From the NCBI GenBank assembly GCA_013239625.1, contig MU053881.1, positions 1,612,001 through 1,676,000 on the forward strand: DNA of 64,000 bases, given 5' to 3'. The notes below the pieces were generated by a model that saw only the letters and a program-made list of their open reading frames with translations, searched no databases and had not been told where the DNA came from. Position 1 is the stretch's first letter, and each line of letters begins with the position of its first letter. The position numbers and the translations under genes were made by a program. This document shows positions 59,990 to 64,000 of the stretch, piece after piece. The stretch comes from Lama guanicoe. Its lineage: Eukaryota.

Positions 59990-60765
59990 TTTCAGGACTG
60001 CTCCAGTTATGTCTTAGTCAGTTCCGGCCACTCTAAGAAAGTATCGCTGTGGCTTATTAACCACAAAAATCCCTCTCCACCATCTGGAAGCTGGAGGTCT
60101 GAGATCGGGGAGAGCGTGGTCAAGTCCTGGTGAGACCCCTCTTCCAGGGTTGCAGACGGCTGACTTCTCACCGTGTCCTCACACAGAGAGTGAGCTAGAG
60201 AGCCCACTGAGGTCCCTTTTATAAGGGCACTAATCTCACTCACAAGGGCCCCACCCTCACGACCTCATCACCTCCCAGAAGCCCCACCTCCACACATCAT
60301 CACATCGGGGGTTAGCTTTCAACACATGAATCTGAGGGGACACATTCAGCCCCTAACAAGTTACAAGTGACAGAAACTCAACTCAAACTGGCTTAAGGAA
60401 AAAAATGTATTTGCTGACAAACCAGAAGTGTGCAGGGGTAGTTTCAGCTTCAAGCCCTTCGCCTGCCTTTCTCTCTGCCTCTCAGCCCTGCCTTCCTCTC
60501 TGCTGGCTCTTTCTCAAGCCATGCGGTGCCCCTAGGCGCTCCAGGCTTAGCCCCGCCAGGAGAAAGGGGCCCTCTTTCTTCTGAAGCTGCACCATTCACA
60601 GCCCCCAGCACAGCACTCACCCCTGGCCGGCTCACTGTGGCCAAGCAAGTGTGGTCCAGCGCCCAAGCCCTGCAGGGTGGATGGGGGTGGCTTTAGAGAA
60701 GAAATAGACTGTGTTATCAGAGGGGGGGTTCTGGGCAACAAACAGCACAGAGATGCCCCCCAACC
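59990..60765 (-). mobile_element. Older MLT1 (J/K/L-like) LTR hosting the MLT1A/B insertion
   Basis: CAGTTA|CAAGTGACAGAAACTCAACTCAAACTGGCTTAAG rejoins across the insertion. Confidence 0.65.
60010..60358 (-). mobile_element. MLT1A/B-like MaLR solo LTR with perfect 5-bp TSD AGTTA
   Basis: TG...CA termini; TSDs at 60005-60009 and 60359-60363; ATAAGGGCACTAATCTCACT motif. Confidence 0.88.
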
Positions 60766-60908
60766 CTGCGTCCATGTGAGATGTGCCCAGACCACGGGCT
60801 CAGGGCAGGCCTTGGTCTCTTGTCACTCAGTAGTGCCTCTGGGTCATAAAACACAGAAGGAATGCCTTCCCCTTGTGTAACCTCTGCTCTTTCTCTCTCA
60901 TTTTCCAG

Positions 60909-60935
60909 GGGCCACTGGGTCTGGATGGCAAACCC
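60909..60935 (+). CDS. COL23A1: COL23A1 27-nt exon GPLGLDGKP (probably exon 6)
   Basis: Pyrimidine tract ...TTTTCCAG|GGGCCACTGGGTCTGGATGGCAAACCC|GTAAGT. Confidence 0.95.
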
Positions 60936-61044
60936 GTAAGTGATAGCAGGGCAGGTTTGGTGGTCCTGGGGTGGGTCCTGCCCCTAGGGTTGGAAATGAC
61001 CAGAGAGATGAGCCACTGAGAACCTAGTTGAGCACAGAGAGAAG

Positions 61045-61230
61045 CTATTTGACCATCAAACTTGAGTTCAAATCCAGCTCCACCACCTGCTGGTTGTGAG
61101 ACCTTGGGGAGGCCTCTCAGCTCCTGAGCCTGCGACATATTAACTCTCCCCACAGGGAGGCCGGGATGCAGAGAACTGTGGACAGCACTGTCCCTGGTGC
61201 CCAGTCAGCCCTCAAAACGTACGAGCCCCT
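61045..61230 (+). mobile_element. MIR SINE
   Basis: GAGTTCAAATCCAGCTCCACCACCTGCTGGTTGTGAGACCTTGGG. Confidence 0.7.
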
Positions 61231-61401
61231 CCTAGCAGGCCCCAGGCATGACGCGTCCCTCCATTCAGTCTCAGGAGTTAGATGGTGGGCGTCAGGCTGA
61301 AGAGTTCTCAGCGCCTGGGCCAGGAGCGTGTGGTCCATGGCCATCCTCAGCAGAATGAATAAGACGCACAGAGAGACAGCATAATAAAGTTAACTATTGG
61401 A

Positions 61402-61438
61402 GATGGATGGATGGATGGATGGATGGATGGATGGATGG
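61402..61438 (+). repeat. (GGAT)n microsatellite, followed by degenerate TGAA/TGGA low-complexity sequence to ~61710
   Basis: Seen directly. Confidence 0.92.
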
Positions 61439-62300
61439 AAGGACAGTCAAGTGAGTTAATGAATCAATAATTGTACAGACAGTAGGATGCATGGAAAAGT
61501 AGATGAGTTACTGGATGGTCAAATGCATGAAGGTTGAGCAGACAAATGAGTGAAGAAATGAGTGAATGAACAAGTGATCGAAGAGCTGAGTGACGTGTGC
61601 ATTATTAAAGATGGAAGAAAATCACCAACTCCCTAAATGGATGAGTTGTTGAATGAATGGGTGAGCGAATCCATTACTAGCTGAAGGGACACATGGATGG
61701 TTTGGGATGGAGGCCAGTGATCAGGTCAGTCCCTGACCAAGAGTGTGAACGCCAACCTGTCCCACCCCAGCCTGGCCCCACCCTGGGGTCTCTGAGCTCC
61801 ACAGTCGGTGCCTTTTGGCCTGACCCTCTTCCCTAGAAGTCCTGGTAACTTGGCAAGACTGAAAGAGACACATTTCCCTGCAGCCAGAGTGAGATGGCAG
61901 CCACCATGGCCTGCATGGAGCCACCCCCACATTCACACCCCACCAGGCTCCAAGGAGGGTGACCTCCTCACTGGCACCTGGGCACCGCGGGTGCTGAGCA
62001 GAGAGGGCTCTGTTCTCTTGGGGGAGTGACTAGCACATGTGCCCCTGTCCAGAGAGGATGCCAGTGACTGCCCTTGTCCCCTGTCTCCCTCGTGGTGAGG
62101 ATGGCGGTGCAGAGCTTTCTTGGGGCCAGCAGAGCACCCCTCCTGAGGGCTAGCAGGCACGTGTGTTTTTTCAGTCGGCCGCCCACAGCTCTACTCAGCC
62201 TCACAGGCGTTTCTGCCCCCACAGCCTCAGGGAAGCTAGAAGGGGGGCCAGCCTCGTCCTCTTCACTCACTCCTCTTCTCTCTCTGCCTTCCTTCTCTAG

Positions 62301-62327
62301 GGACTTCCAGGCCCCAAAGGGGAAAAG
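62301..62327 (+). CDS. COL23A1: COL23A1 27-nt exon GLPGPKGEK (probably exon 7)
   Basis: Long pyrimidine tract ...CCTTCTCTAG|GGACTTCCAGGCCCCAAAGGGGAAAAG|GTAAGT. Confidence 0.95.
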
Positions 62328-62379
62328 GTAAGTGATGCTGGCGGCTGTCCAGACACAGTAGGCTGATCAAGGAGGCCAG

Positions 62380-62500
62380 AAACCTGCCTCCAAACCCTGG
62401 TTCCAGAGTGTGGCCTTGGGCAACACATCCCCTCCTGGAGCCTCAGTTTCCCCATCTGTAAAGTGGGGCTAGTCGTGCCTCCCTCCTAAAGTGGTTACAA
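62380..62500 (+). mobile_element. MIR SINE
   Basis: TGTGGCCTTGGGCAA...GAGCCTCAGTTTCCCCATCTGTAAAGTGGGG. Confidence 0.8.
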
Positions 62501-63299
62501 AGCTTACGTTTGACAATTTAAAGTACTTGGAGGGTTGGATCTGAGTTCTCCTGGCACCGGAGTGTAACAAAACTCAAAGCACAGTCCACCCAGAATGACG
62601 GGTTTCCAAAAGAATCAACCCTGAAACAGGGAGGGTGCCAGGAAAGCCCAGGGGTTGAACAGGGACTATTGATATCTTTCTTTATGAGGAAGACAACCCC
62701 TCTCCAAGGAAAGACTGAGAGAGCTGGCCCTGTGGTCTTTGCAGCCCTGGGTGTGGCGGGACCCACGGGCACTTCTGAGGCATGGCAGGGCATGGCTGGG
62801 CTGGGCCACCCCCAACCCCGACTGCGATGTGGCCCTCATAGGTCAGAGGTCAGGCACTCGTAGGTCAGTGCGGCCAGGGTTCCAGTCCACCATCAGGGCT
62901 GAGCACGACACAGGATCCGGTGTTCAGAGCCTCAGGTTTACATTCCAGCTCCACCATCAACTGTGTGGCCTTCAGAAAGTTGCCCAGCTCTGTGGGCCTC
63001 AGTGTCTCCTTATGTAAAGCAGAAGCAGCGTCACATGGGAAAAACTGCACAAGGTCGTGGTCTGAGGGTACTTCGTAGATGATGAGACACTCGTGCTGCT
63101 GGCTGGCAGTGGTCACCTTCCCGCCCGTCTGGCTAATGCCACCAAGTCATAGAAATGATTAAGGCAGGGGTGTTGAAACCAGAAAGAAACTTAGCATCTA
63201 TTGCTACATAACATACTGCCCCAAAACTTGGTGACTTAAAACCGTGCATCACTCTTCTGCTCGCTGTGTCTGGGGACTGGCAACAGATAGCAGACCACC

Positions 63300-63470
63300 T
63301 GGCTCCCAGCCCTGGACCTGCTAGCTCTGTGGCCTTGGGCAACTTACTTAGCTTCTCTGTGCCTCAGTTTCCTCACTGGAAATGGAGATGATATAGAGCC
63401 TGTGTGCTGTTTTTGTTAGAATGCAGTGAGGCCGTGTACATGAAGCACTGAGCCTCATGTTCCATACATG
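63300..63470 (+). mobile_element. MIR SINE just upstream of the 63523 exon
   Basis: TGTGGCCTTGGGCAACTTACTTAGCTTCTCTGTGCCTCAGTTTCCTCA. Confidence 0.82.
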
Positions 63471-63522
63471 TGAGGAAGTAATACAAGTGGCCGTAATGGG
63501 TTTCCCTGTTTTTTGTCCCTAG

Positions 63523-63549
63523 GGTGCACCAGGAGACTTCGGCCCCCGG
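63523..63549 (+). CDS. COL23A1: COL23A1 27-nt exon GAPGDFGPR (probably exon 8)
   Basis: ...TTTTGTCCCTAG|GGTGCACCAGGAGACTTCGGCCCCCGG|GTGAGA; continues the Gly-X-Y frame. Confidence 0.93.
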
Positions 63550-64000
63550 GTGAGAACTGAGCACCCTCCCCCCGCCCCGCGTGGTTTGTTTTATATCATT
63601 GTAAGGGGTACCTAGTGTTTCTTCTGGGTCCCTATGCTTATCACAGGAAGAGGTGCCCAGCCTCCCCACTCCCCATCGTGGTCCGTCTCGCTGCCTGTTT
63701 TCATTTAAATGAAAGTGAAGGCTCCAGGCACCTCGATTTGGCCGAGGCTGCTGTCCCCTGCAAAGATGAAGGTCTCTGGCAGACATCCCAGTCACCCTCA
63801 TCACCATAGATGGGCAGACAGTGGGGCTGGCCCAGCCCAGGCTGGAGACTGACTCTCTTGAGGGCACTGGCCCCCAGGAAGAGGGGAGACTGTGGATGGA
63901 GCCAGCAGCCGTGAGCCCAGAGTTCAGCTCTGCCACTTACCAGCCAAGTGACCTGGAATGAGTCACTTGCTCATAAGACTCGGTTTCTCCCACTGGGAGT

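Noticed and set aside
1..64000. Prokaryotic-style systems (CRISPR arrays, operons, defence islands) or a novel multi-gene system
   Set aside because: The sequence is mammalian intron; there is no repeat-spacer array and no credible long ORF

Overview
This is mammalian genomic DNA, most likely camelid (alpaca/camel), judged from the tRNA-derived SINE and the young L1 3'UTR type. The whole window lies inside one + strand gene, which I identify as COL23A1 (transmembrane collagen XXIII). Six tiny coding exons are visible: 45, 8, 27, 27, 27 and 27 nt at 21322, 37361, 38860, 60909, 62301 and 63523. All have canonical AG/GT ends. They splice into an uninterrupted Gly-X-Y frame, [54 protein letters not shown], which matches my recollection of the start of the first collagenous domain (probably exons 3-8). 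The other >99% is intron, containing L1, L2, MIR, MaLR/ERV LTRs, MER DNA transposons, SINEs, simple repeats and a few unique motif-rich blocks. A 681-N gap is flanked by an exact 629-bp duplication, probably an assembly artefact. Essentially all ORFs in the supplied track are spurious. I see no convincing new biological system. The best leads are the frame-critical 8-nt microexon and its splicing context, candidate cryptic splice elements, and a repeat-free intronic block with a bipartite CTCF-like site and a perfect ERE. Repeat family names and most repeat boundaries are by-eye and approximate.
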